64,000 bases of DNA from an uncultured virus (IMG/VR IMGVR_UViG_3300015371_000023) (lineage: Duplodnaviria > Heunggongvirae > Uroviricota > Caudoviricetes), in the IMG/VR virus record IMGVR_UViG_3300015371_000023. One strand, 5' to 3'. The notes under the pieces are model-generated. The model did not search any database, was not told the DNA's origin, and saw nothing but the letters and a program-made list of their open reading frames with translations. A program made the translations under genes and the position numbers. Below, in pieces: positions 56,366 to 64,000 of this stretch (positions within the stretch are counted from its first letter, which is position 1; the number at the start of each line of letters is the position of its first letter).

Positions 56366-56734
56366 ATGACCCAACGAGCATGGCCGTGGCCGGCCGACAC
56401 GACCCTTGACCAATCTCGTCGGGTAGCACAGATGTACCGCCACCACCTGCACCGCGCCGACCCCGCCACCTGCGCATCCCTCGATGCGCAGTTGATCGCG
56501 ATGGGGCAGCCCTGGGTTGTTCCCGGCGCGAGCGTGCACGCGGACGACGACCTACTGACCGCCGACCTCGCGGCCGACGAGATGCGCGTCGCCCGGCGCA
56601 CCATCTACGCCTGGCGGGAGCGGGGCCTCCCCGTCGTCGCCACGCCGGATGGCCCGCGGTACCGGGTCGGCGACCTCCACCGGTTCGTCGCCGACCAGCG
56701 CCGGCAGCGGGCGCAGCGCCGCAAGCGGCAGTGA
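56366..56734 (+). CDS. MerR-like HTH protein
   Basis: WPWP.D, V.RRTIYAW.ERGL..RYRVGD. Confidence 0.7.
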   Translation: MTQRAWPWPADTTLDQSRRVAQMYRHHLHRADPATCASLDAQLIAMGQPWVVPGASVHADDDLLTADLAADEMRVARRTIYAWRERGLPVVATPDGPRYRVGDLHRFVADQRRQRAQRRKRQ

Positions 56735-56735
56735 A

Positions 56736-57008
56736 TCACGTGCGGATGCCAGCCCACGTCTCCGCGGACAGCAGCAGCTGCACCCACACCTGCGCCTCGT
56801 TGATGGCCTCGCGGTGGTAGCCGTGAAACCCCAGTCCCTCCAGCGTCGCCGCCATCCGATCCGCAGACTCCGCCGCGCAGTACACCGAGACCGACCAATC
56901 CGCCGCTGGCGTCCGCTGGTACGCCACCGTGCGCGCCGAGACTTGAGCCACGATCCCCGCAACAGCCAACCTGGCCTTCACGAACTCCGCCGGGTTTCCG
57001 TCTCCCAC
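56736..57008 (-). CDS. hypothetical protein
   Basis: GTG after AAGGGA. Confidence 0.55.
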   Translation of the reverse strand: MGDGNPAEFVKARLAVAGIVAQVSARTVAYQRTPAADWSVSVYCAAESADRMAATLEGLGFHGYHREAINEAQVWVQLLLSAETWAGIRT

Positions 57009-57019
57009 GTCCGTCCCTT

Positions 57020-57271
57020 TCAGTTCGCGTCGTCCACTGTCGCTGCCAACATCCGGATCGCCTCGTCCACGCTGCGCGCCCCCACGGCCTCTGGGAGCGG
57101 CTCATAGGGTGGTGTCGTACACGCCGACACCCACCAGTTCGGTCCGGCGCTCGCAATGTTGCGATCTGCGAATCCGAGAAGGCGGGTTCCGTCCCAGATG
57201 TACCAGCGGCCGTTTCGGGGCTTGGCGTGGCCGACGCCGTAGCGGCTCCGATGGAGTCTCATGCTGCTCAC
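57020..57271 (-). CDS. hypothetical protein
   Basis: 83-aa ORF with RBS. Confidence 0.5.
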   Translation of the reverse strand: MSSMRLHRSRYGVGHAKPRNGRWYIWDGTRLLGFADRNIASAGPNWWVSACTTPPYEPLPEAVGARSVDEAIRMLAATVDDAN

Positions 57272-57401
57272 CTATTCCATGTCGGTTGGCCGGGACTCGG
57301 CGTCCCCCTGGACACCGAGCCCCGGCACCGCTCTACGACGCGCGAGGACAAGACCCACCCAATCCTCGTCGCCGCAGAACCCTTCTACCCCCGCCCGGCA
57401 A

Positions 57402-57671
57402 TCACCGTTGCCGCAGGAGCACGCCGCTCAGAAAGAAGATCCCGCCGACCACGACCAGAAGCCAGAGCCACCACGTCGCCCCGCGGACGGCCCATTCGCA
57501 CAGCAGAACCCTGCTCTCATGCACCGAGCCGGAGAACAACACGCTGCCGCACGGCGCTCCCGCGTTGTCCTTGTGGGGCACAACTGCCACGATGGATCCG
57601 ATGATCAGCAGCGCGACTCCGATCTCCAGCAACGGAGTCGACAGTTTAGACAGCTTCGAGGTTTCCGTCAT
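57402..57671 (-). CDS. two-TM membrane protein
   Basis: Two hydrophobic segments flanking CGS..C. Confidence 0.6.
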   Translation of the reverse strand: MTETSKLSKLSTPLLEIGVALLIIGSIVAVVPHKDNAGAPCGSVLFSGSVHESRVLLCEWAVRGATWWLWLLVVVGGIFFLSGVLLRQR

Positions 57672-57673
57672 CG

Positions 57674-58003
57674 CTATCCCCTTCCCTTCCGGGCGGTCAA
57701 CGCCCGCTCCATTTCTTTCAGGACGTTCTCGCCCTGCTCGGTGAGGAACATCCGGTGCATCTCGCCCAAAGGAGCGATATCCACCGCCATCTTCCACAGC
57801 TCGGGAACCTCAAGCAGCCAGGTAACAGTCCAGCTGTCTCCGTGCGGCATCCACGTCTTGACCGGCTGGCCGTTGCGCACGCTGTTCACCAGGAACGCCT
57901 TCAGCTCGCCGGCGGCGATCGCTTGCAGTCGACGCAAGCGCGGCTCACTCGGGCGAAGGCGCTTCGGCGAAACGCAGAAGGGAACCAACCGCAATTTGCA
58001 CAT
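57674..58003 (-). CDS. hypothetical winged-helix-like protein
   Basis: C-terminal LTEQGENVL. Confidence 0.5.
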   Translation of the reverse strand: MCKLRLVPFCVSPKRLRPSEPRLRRLQAIAAGELKAFLVNSVRNGQPVKTWMPHGDSWTVTWLLEVPELWKMAVDIAPLGEMHRMFLTEQGENVLKEMERALTARKGRG

Positions 58004-58156
58004 GCGAAAGCCTCTCGTTCTTGCGCCCCCGAATAGTGAATTGAGACAATATGCGTCAAGACACGCCGTTATGAGATGGCGCGGACGCGGAGTGGTGCGC
58101 AGGGGGTGTGCACGGTGGTAACGTTTCGCGCGGTACCCCCTGCGCGAAAACAGCAG

Positions 58157-58618
58157 CTAGCGCGACCTCGGCTTGCGCGTCGTGGAAGCGGCTCGGCTAG
58201 AGCCTCCGGCCTTCGGTGCAGCCGCCTTACCTGAGGCGCGGCGCTTCCGGGTGGCGAGCTTCCGCCGGTCCTCGGCCTCGCGCTCAAAGATCTCGTCGAT
58301 ATCCGCTTCCTTCGCATCGCGGGACGTGATCCGACCGCGCCTCGCGAGGTACGACTTATCCGTGTAGGCGCTGCGTCGCCGGATAAGAGTCTTCTCGCCC
58401 GTCTTAGGATCCCGGTACCACAGTTCGGCGACCTCGTAGCCACAGCCGCGGGTGCACCGGGCTACGTACTGACAGTTGGCCTCGGCGTCGTTGTACAGCC
58501 GTTCCCAGACCTCGTCACTCCAGAGATGTCCCCTGCGGCACCTGCGGAAGATCTTGTTCCGCAGGTACTCGGCCTTGTCGGTCACCTCGACGGGACGAGC
58601 GGTGCCCTTCGTGGTCAT
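58157..58618 (-). CDS. basic zinc-binding protein
   Basis: CRRGH.W..CTRGCG; RRGRI; K/R-rich tail. Confidence 0.65.
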   Translation of the reverse strand: MTTKGTARPVEVTDKAEYLRNKIFRRCRRGHLWSDEVWERLYNDAEANCQYVARCTRGCGYEVAELWYRDPKTGEKTLIRRRSAYTDKSYLARRGRITSRDAKEADIDEIFEREAEDRRKLATRKRRASGKAAAPKAGGSSRAASTTRKPRSR

Positions 58619-59178
58619 CGTCGCCTCCGTGCTGGCTTCGGCGGCGCGGGGATCAGCGCCTGCTCGTCCTGCTCGTCCTCATCCGCCGGTTCCGGCGGGG
58701 CCCCCTGCGTCGGCAGCCAGACCTCGTTAGTCCAGGCGAACCCCACCTCCTTGGGGAGTGCCCCCACGCAGGCCTGTGACAGCTTCGGGAACCGCGGCTT
58801 CCCCTTGCCATCCTTCTGCGCGTGCCCCCAATCCCAGATCGGCCGGCGCGCGTCGGAGAACAGCTGTTTCTCCCGGCGGTTCGGGTCCGTCGGCGTCACC
58901 CACCAGGCAACCCCGGGTCGCGGATCGGGGAGGCGGTTACCGCCAGGGCCATAGACTCCGATCGCCGGGAACGGGTCGTCCGGCACATCCAACGGGTTGA
59001 ACACCCCGAGGATCTCCGCCCGCGCCGTGTACATGCTCATGAAGGTGGCCAGGGCGATCTGGCAACTCTCGCAGAGGTCGAATCGGTGGACCTTGCTGTA
59101 GATGCCTACCTGTTCCTCGTACACGGCGCCAGGTTCGCCGCACCTGTCGCATTTAGCACTTACCGTAATGACTTTCAT
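58615..59178 (-). CDS. divergent Lsr2-like nucleoid-associated protein
   Basis: N-terminal CD.C..(F)DLCESC..L..F...Y resembles the Lsr2 dimerisation domain; RRPIWDWG..VGALPKEV..AW resembles IR.WA..RGRIP..V..AY. Confidence 0.55.
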   Translation of the reverse strand: MKVITVSAKCDRCGEPGAVYEEQVGIYSKVHRFDLCESCQIALATFMSMYTARAEILGVFNPLDVPDDPFPAIGVYGPGGNRLPDPRPGVAWWVTPTDPNRREKQLFSDARRPIWDWGHAQKDGKGKPRFPKLSQACVGALPKEVGFAWTNEVWLPTQGAPPEPADEDEQDEQALIPAPPKPARRRR

Positions 59179-59217
59179 GTTCTGCTGATCTTTTCTCGCA
59201 TGTTGGGTTGAGGGTGT

Positions 59218-59406
59218 ATGTGCGATTGCATCTCGCTAACTCGTGCCGCGACCCTCCTCAACGTCCGCGCCAAGCTACTCGCCGAGCTGGCACACGCCGG
59301 ACACGTCGAACATCACCGCCACGGTGACCGGTATGCGATCACGCGGAACGGCCTGGCCGACCTGCGCTGGCAATTGCTGACATCCAGCGAGGGCGACGCC
59401 GCGTAG
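59218..59406 (+). CDS. small HTH (excisionase-like) protein
   Basis: SLTRAATLLNV....L..L...G....R.G.RY.I. Confidence 0.5.
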   Translation: MCDCISLTRAATLLNVRAKLLAELAHAGHVEHHRHGDRYAITRNGLADLRWQLLTSSEGDAA

Positions 59407-59415
59407 CTGGATGGT

Positions 59416-59491
59416 TGGTACCGCCTGCGGGACTCGAACCCGCGACCTGACCCCTATAAAAGGCGCGCTCTGCCGACTGAGCTAAGGCGGC
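59416..59491 (-). tRNA. degenerate tRNA with anticodon UAU (Ile) on a Thr-like body
   Basis: GCCGCCT/AGGCGGT acceptor with encoded CCA; intact D and T arms; weak anticodon stem CGCCT/GGGTC, loop TTTATAG. Confidence 0.7.
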
Positions 59492-59653
59492 TTATGCGAA
59501 TCGCTATCTACGTTCTCGGCGCCGAGCTCGTGGCCGTCGACTTCAGCGCCGAGGAGTCCGAGCCCATCACACCTGGGCCGGGCGCGGCCGGACCTCAGTT
59601 CGAACTGGGGTTCCGGCCGCCGCAGCCGGGCCCGGAATGCGCTTCCTCGCCGT

Positions 59654-59998
59654 TCAGGGCTCCACCAGCTTCACCGAACCGGACGCCGTGACCTCATCGA
59701 CAATTGTCGACATAGGCCCGATCGTCACGCGGTACTGGCGCTGACGCGCCACCCCGGCAACCCGGAACCCCGCTCGACAAGGGCCGGTCCCGAGCACGAT
59801 CCCCAGGTAAGGCTCACCGTCGAGGTGTCCACCCTGCACAGTGGATACCTCGGGCATCGGTCTCGCTTGCAGCGTCTCGCACGAGGCGACGACGGTCCCG
59901 GATACCTCGGCGAGGTCCGGCTCAGCGGCAGCGTGCACAACGACCACGCTGGCGGCGAGCAGGCCGGCCGCGAACATGACTGCCATTGCCGTACTCAT
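59654..59998 (-). CDS. putative secreted protein
   Basis: Signal-peptide-like N-terminus ending AAA-E. Confidence 0.5.
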   Translation of the reverse strand: MSTAMAVMFAAGLLAASVVVVHAAAEPDLAEVSGTVVASCETLQARPMPEVSTVQGGHLDGEPYLGIVLGTGPCRAGFRVAGVARQRQYRVTIGPMSTIVDEVTASGSVKLVEP

Positions 59999-60013
59999 GG
60001 GTTCCCCTTTCTC

Positions 60014-60517
60014 TCAGCCAGCCCGGCGATGCACACCGGGCTGGGCGTAGATGACTGCTTCCAGCTCGGCGAGCCGGGACGCCAGGCCGGCCAGCTCGGC
60101 CAGCTCGGCGACCCGGGATTCCAGAATCCTGATTTTGGCCTGCGCTACCCGGAGTTCGCGGTCCCGCGCCGCTTCCCTCGTCTCGGGAGTTGTCGCGGGT
60201 GGTTGCCACTTCTTCGGCTGAACCTTGCGGGTCTCCGGCTCCGGAAGGTCCTGCGGGTCGTCCGTGAACGAGTACGTGCCATCGAAAAGGCCGGGCAGCC
60301 AACGTGCGTCGAACCCGAGGGCTACGGATACGCTGGCCAACATCTTCGCGTCTGGCACGGCACCGGTCCGGTAGATTAGCTTGCTTCGCAGGGCCGAAGT
60401 TTCAAGCCCGACCGTCTGAGCCAGTCTTTCCTGAGTCATGCCTCGCAGCTTCAAGCACTCTCGCACGTACTCGGCTACTGCCTTCGCGCGGCGATCCCGC
60501 TGACACCTGCTCGTCAT
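60014..60517 (-). CDS. XRE HTH regulator with C-terminal coiled coil
   Basis: RGMTQERLAQTVGL..SAL..PDAKML..VS.ALG...WL. Confidence 0.75.
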   Translation of the reverse strand: MTSRCQRDRRAKAVAEYVRECLKLRGMTQERLAQTVGLETSALRSKLIYRTGAVPDAKMLASVSVALGFDARWLPGLFDGTYSFTDDPQDLPEPETRKVQPKKWQPPATTPETREAARDRELRVAQAKIRILESRVAELAELAGLASRLAELEAVIYAQPGVHRRAG

Positions 60518-60757
60518 GCGTAAATTTCCGTTCTGACTCCGTAGAGGGCAATGCCCGGAGTCCGCTGTCCGTCAGTGTTCGAGCTAACGCGTCGGGTTGC
60601 GACGTTCGGGAACGTTAGACCCGACACATGACAAATTCTACTATTTGCACTGCTCCATTCGGGCGTAATCGATCATGACGGAGCGTAGTATCCGCTGGCT
60701 ATGCCGCCCGATCGAGGGAGTAACAGGAATAATCCACAACCGCTATCAGGGGGTGGG

Positions 60758-61054
60758 TCAAGTCGCGTCAGCGTCGTTCAATATGGTGCTGACCTGCTGT
60801 TGCTTCATGCCCGAGCGCTTCACGAGGTCCGTCACCCGATAGCTGGGACCCAAACGGCGTAGAACAGCTGCACGCTCGGCGAATGCCGCCCGTTCTTCTT
60901 CCAGGCTGTCTTTGTGTGCCTTATCGGCTCGCGCCTTTGCCTCTCGCGTCCGCTCGGAGGCCTCCTTTGCCCTGGCCACCCTCATAACCGCACGGTCAAG
61001 GTCCTCCAGGGAGGCCGGCTCCGTCAGCACCTCCGGCTTCTCGGCGTCCGCCAT
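60758..61054 (-). CDS. hypothetical protein with a C-terminal HTH
   Basis: YRVTDLVKRSGMKQQQVSTIL. Confidence 0.6.
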   Translation of the reverse strand: MADAEKPEVLTEPASLEDLDRAVMRVARAKEASERTREAKARADKAHKDSLEEERAAFAERAAVLRRLGPSYRVTDLVKRSGMKQQQVSTILNDADAT

Positions 61055-61096
61055 AGCACCCTCACCCTCCGTCGAAACTGTCGAATAGGCGTGGTC

Positions 61097-61804
61097 CTAC
61101 TCGACCGTGTCACCGTCCGTCTCGGTGCCCATCGTCCCGCGCCGGCCACCCGGGGTCCAGAGCCCGGCCGGCCACACCACCGCCGCCAGCGGCAGGTCCG
61201 CGCAGTAGTCGTACGCGTCGTCCTCGCACGGCGACGGCGTCCCCGTGTCCACCGCCACCGGGGGCGACGCGATGACCTCGGCGTCGCCCGGCCGGGACGG
61301 GTTCGCGCACACCCTGTACTCGTCCTGCCGCCACAACACCAGGTCGCCCTCGCCGGTGACGTCGGCGGTGCCGAGGTAGGTGTGGACGTCGACCACGGCC
61401 CAGTGCTGGCTATCCGCCAACGGGGCGACGAACCGCCGGGAGTAGGAATCGCCGGCCTGGACATCCCCACCCACGTCACCCCCCGGCATCACCTCCGGGT
61501 GGGGCTCGGTGAACACGGGTCTGTCTGCCGGGACCAGCACCTTCTGCGTGATGACCAGGTCAGCGGCAAGGCGGTTGTACGGCCCGTCCGCGGCCAGCTC
61601 GTCGGACTCCAGCACCCGGGCGGCCCACTCGTGCAGCGGCGCGAACTCCCCGCGCTCCAGCGCCACGCTGGCGGCCGCGCGGGTCACCTCGACGTCGGTC
61701 GCGATGCCCTCGTCGGCGAGCGTGTCGGAAGCCCACAGTGTGAGCTCGGCCACGCCCAGCATGTAGCGCGCCCAGTCGGCCGCGTTCCAGTCGGCGGTGC
61801 TCAT
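61097..61804 (-). CDS. acidic hypothetical protein
   Basis: 235 aa, GAGGA RBS. Confidence 0.65.
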   Translation of the reverse strand: MSTADWNAADWARYMLGVAELTLWASDTLADEGIATDVEVTRAAASVALERGEFAPLHEWAARVLESDELAADGPYNRLAADLVITQKVLVPADRPVFTEPHPEVMPGGDVGGDVQAGDSYSRRFVAPLADSQHWAVVDVHTYLGTADVTGEGDLVLWRQDEYRVCANPSRPGDAEVIASPPVAVDTGTPSPCEDDAYDYCADLPLAAVVWPAGLWTPGGRRGTMGTETDGDTVE

Positions 61805-61883
61805 GGTCGGTTCCTCTCGGTTGGTGGGTTCGGCCGTGTGGCCGCGCCCGGGGCCACCGCGTGCACGGTGGCCGCGAGCGTGA

Positions 61884-62174
61884 TCACGCGGACTTCTTGA
61901 ACGCTTCGGCGTACTCGCTGCGGAACTGATCGCAGAAGCAGACGAGGCACAGCTCCTCCGGCTTCACCCCGGCGAGCAGCAGCCGCCGGCGGGTTCCGGG
62001 GTCTTCGTCCAGCCGTGATCCCACTGGCAGCGTGCTGACCGGGTAGAGCGCTTGAAACTTGCGGAGGCACAGCAGCGCCCGGCCCTGCGTGTACGCGAAA
62101 TGCACCTTCCGCGTGGTGTTCCGCGCGAGGAACATCCGTCCCGCCACCGGGGCCGGGAATTCCTGGCCGCTCAT
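61884..62174 (-). CDS. Cys/His hypothetical protein
   Basis: MSGQEF..KVH..LLC..CLVCF; coupled to the 62171 ORF. Confidence 0.55.
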   Translation of the reverse strand: MSGQEFPAPVAGRMFLARNTTRKVHFAYTQGRALLCLRKFQALYPVSTLPVGSRLDEDPGTRRRLLLAGVKPEELCLVCFCDQFRSEYAEAFKKSA

Positions 62175-62545
62175 TGCGACACCACGCCGTCGGCCTTCCG
62201 GGTGGCACGGGCTTTTCTCGCAAAGTTGTCGTCGACGTCTTCGCGGATGCACTTTGCCAAAGCCGCGATGTGCACGTCGGCTCCGCGCTCTGCTTCTCCG
62301 TGAGACAGGCCGTGTACGTCGGTGCCGATCGCGATGGCTGCTGCCTTCATGCCGTCGAGCTGCAGGAGTGCGCGGTATCGGCCCTCTACGTGCGGGACGT
62401 ACATCTGATCGGTTGTTGTCGTCTGACTTGTCAGCGTCTGGTGCAGGTTGCCAGCGAGCCGGATCACGGCGGCGTACGACGCCCCGTGCTTTTCGGTCAG
62501 CTCGGCGGCGTACGCATTGGTCTTGTGGAAGTCCTTCGATTCCAT
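62171..62545 (-). CDS. hypothetical protein
   Basis: AAGGGA/GAGG RBS. Confidence 0.6.
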   Translation of the reverse strand: MESKDFHKTNAYAAELTEKHGASYAAVIRLAGNLHQTLTSQTTTTDQMYVPHVEGRYRALLQLDGMKAAAIAIGTDVHGLSHGEAERGADVHIAALAKCIREDVDDNFARKARATRKADGVVSQ

Positions 62546-62643
62546 GCCTCATCCCTTCTCGGTTGGCCGTGTAGCCACGCCCGCGCCTGTTCGGTGTTCT
62601 GTCATGCCAGAACACCGAGCAGGCGCGAATGGGGTTACACGGA

Positions 62644-62904
62644 CTAGCTGACGACCCGGGCCCTACTTCGAGTCGCCGTCCACAGGTAGAAGTCGCGGTG
62701 CCCCGTCTTCCCGGCGTGCTCGTGCTGCCAGGCGTAGACCCCTTCCGCGACGCCGTCCACTTCCCGTTCCCAGGCGGACGACTCCGGGCAACCGCGACAG
62801 GTGCTCCGCGCAACGGACACGTGCGCCTCGTCGTCGGCGACCCCCGGCAGGATGCCCGGCACCGTGCCCCTCAGCCGCTTACGCGGGGTGCTGTTCCCTG
62901 TCAT
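62644..62904 (-). CDS. small zinc-binding protein
   Basis: CRGC..WQHEHA.KTGH; ATG after GGGAG. Confidence 0.55.
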   Translation of the reverse strand: MTGNSTPRKRLRGTVPGILPGVADDEAHVSVARSTCRGCPESSAWEREVDGVAEGVYAWQHEHAGKTGHRDFYLWTATRSRARVVS

Positions 62905-62998
62905 GCTTCTCCCTTCCGTTGACCGTGCGGTCACGGCGCCGGCACGGGCCACTGTGGCCCGTGCCCCGCCGATGTCACGCGCGGGTTGGCGTGCGGGC

Positions 62999-63649
62999 TC
63001 AGAACACGGACGGGAGCCAGCCGTCCGTCCCGTTCTGATTGCGGATCGGCATGAGCCACGCGCGGTAGTCCGGACCGATGCGGATGTGCGCCGGGCGGTT
63101 GCCGGTCTCGCCCGCGAACATCTGCACGTACTCCTTGCGTCGCTTGCCGACCTTCGCGAAGTCCGCCAGGAACGCCGCGTTGAACATGACGTGCGTTGCG
63201 GAGTCGGGCAGGGAGTCGACGGCGATGCGCGGGAGCATGTCCCCGAGGTCGTTGGAGGACTTCGGGCGCAGCTTGACGGCCAGCGTCACCCCGAGGCCGG
63301 CGAATTCCGCGGTCATCTCCCCGGTGTTCACGGTGACCGTGACCGTCAGGGCCTGCCGGAACGTCTTCTCCAGGTTCGCGACGTCCTCCGCACCGATGGT
63401 CACGGCGTGGGGCAGCTCTCCGCCGTCCACGGCCGCGTGTGCGGCGCGGTACCGGTCGGAGGACCAGCCGTGAAGCCGCCCACCCTCGGTGTGCAGGCGA
63501 ACGACCGTGAACTGTTCCAGGGCGCCTCGGCCCGTGTCGGCGGTAAGCGCCAAGTCGGCGAGCATCCCGACAAGCGCGCCCTTGCCGTTCGCCGTGAACG
63601 CGGTCACGGTGCCGGTTTCGGTGCTCGTCGTTTCCATCATGGCAGTCAT
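62999..63649 (-). CDS. DNA polymerase III beta-clamp-like protein
   Basis: VVRL......L...SSDRYR.A and FNAAFLADF.KV..P..IRIG..Y.A.LMPIR. Confidence 0.6.
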   Translation of the reverse strand: MTAMMETTSTETGTVTAFTANGKGALVGMLADLALTADTGRGALEQFTVVRLHTEGGRLHGWSSDRYRAAHAAVDGGELPHAVTIGAEDVANLEKTFRQALTVTVTVNTGEMTAEFAGLGVTLAVKLRPKSSNDLGDMLPRIAVDSLPDSATHVMFNAAFLADFAKVGKRRKEYVQMFAGETGNRPAHIRIGPDYRAWLMPIRNQNGTDGWLPSVF

Positions 63650-63735
63650 GGTGAATCCCTTCGTCACGTTGGGGTTGGCCGTGCAGCCATGGCGCGCGGG
63701 CCGCCCGAAGGCGGCCCGCCACCAAGTGCGCACGG

Positions 63736-64000
63736 TCAGGCGTCGGCGAGCACCCGGTCGAGCGTCTTCACGGTTTCCAGGTCCAGCACGTCGAACTTGC
63801 CGAGCACGGCGCTGGACATGTTCCGTTCGGCGCGCGAGGCACCCCGCACCGTGCCTTCGTGGTGCACGTAGGTGTTGACGGCCTGGAGCACGCCGTACGC
63901 GGTGCCCTTCCACGGCTCGACGCGGTTGTCGCTGTTCCAGAGCCGGGACAGCGCGGCGCGCTTGTTCGCCGCGGTGGTCTGCTTGGTTTTGCTGTCCGCG
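63736..64000 (-). CDS. DUF932-like phage/plasmid protein, C-terminal part
   Basis: Manual translation: LW.SD.RVEPWKGTAYGVLQAVNTY.HH..RAERNM. Confidence 0.7.
   Translation of the reverse strand, partial: ADSKTKQTTAANKRAALSRLWNSDNRVEPWKGTAYGVLQAVNTYVHHEGTVRGASRAERNMSSAVLGKFDVLDLETVKTLDRVLADA

Noticed and set aside
59416..59491. Reading the tRNA as an ochre suppressor (UUA)
   Set aside because: It requires dropping position 26 and accepting a G-G pair; canonical spacing gives UAU.

Overview
The whole window is part of a high-GC temperate actinobacterial siphovirus. Gene order is virion-like, with the integrase and a probable attP in the middle, so this is probably a free or excised genome; no host junction is visible. 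Left to right it contains: (1) at least four tandem HigA-like HTH genes; (2) virion accessory genes upstream of the terminase; (3) the head and tail module (terminase, portal, scaffold, capsid, tail tube, frameshifted chaperones, 2388-aa tape measure, minor tail proteins); (4) a lysis cassette; (5) a host-like island with an ABC solute-binding lipoprotein, an Xre/DUF5753 regulator and three DUF397/BldB-like genes; (6) a non-coding RNA block next to the integrase; (7) repressor, excisionase, recombination and replication genes; (8) leftward early genes (Lsr2-like, sliding-clamp-like, DUF932). Three tRNA genes are present: Gln-UUG, fMet-CAU and a degenerate one with anticodon UAU. The strongest finding is a cas-less, degenerate type I-E CRISPR mini-array (29-nt repeats, two 32-nt spacers, exact 61-nt period) with its own predicted promoter. 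It is stacked with an unknown small RNA and tRNA-fMet, and all three end in near-identical terminators. Protein family calls come from motifs recognised by eye; no searches were run.
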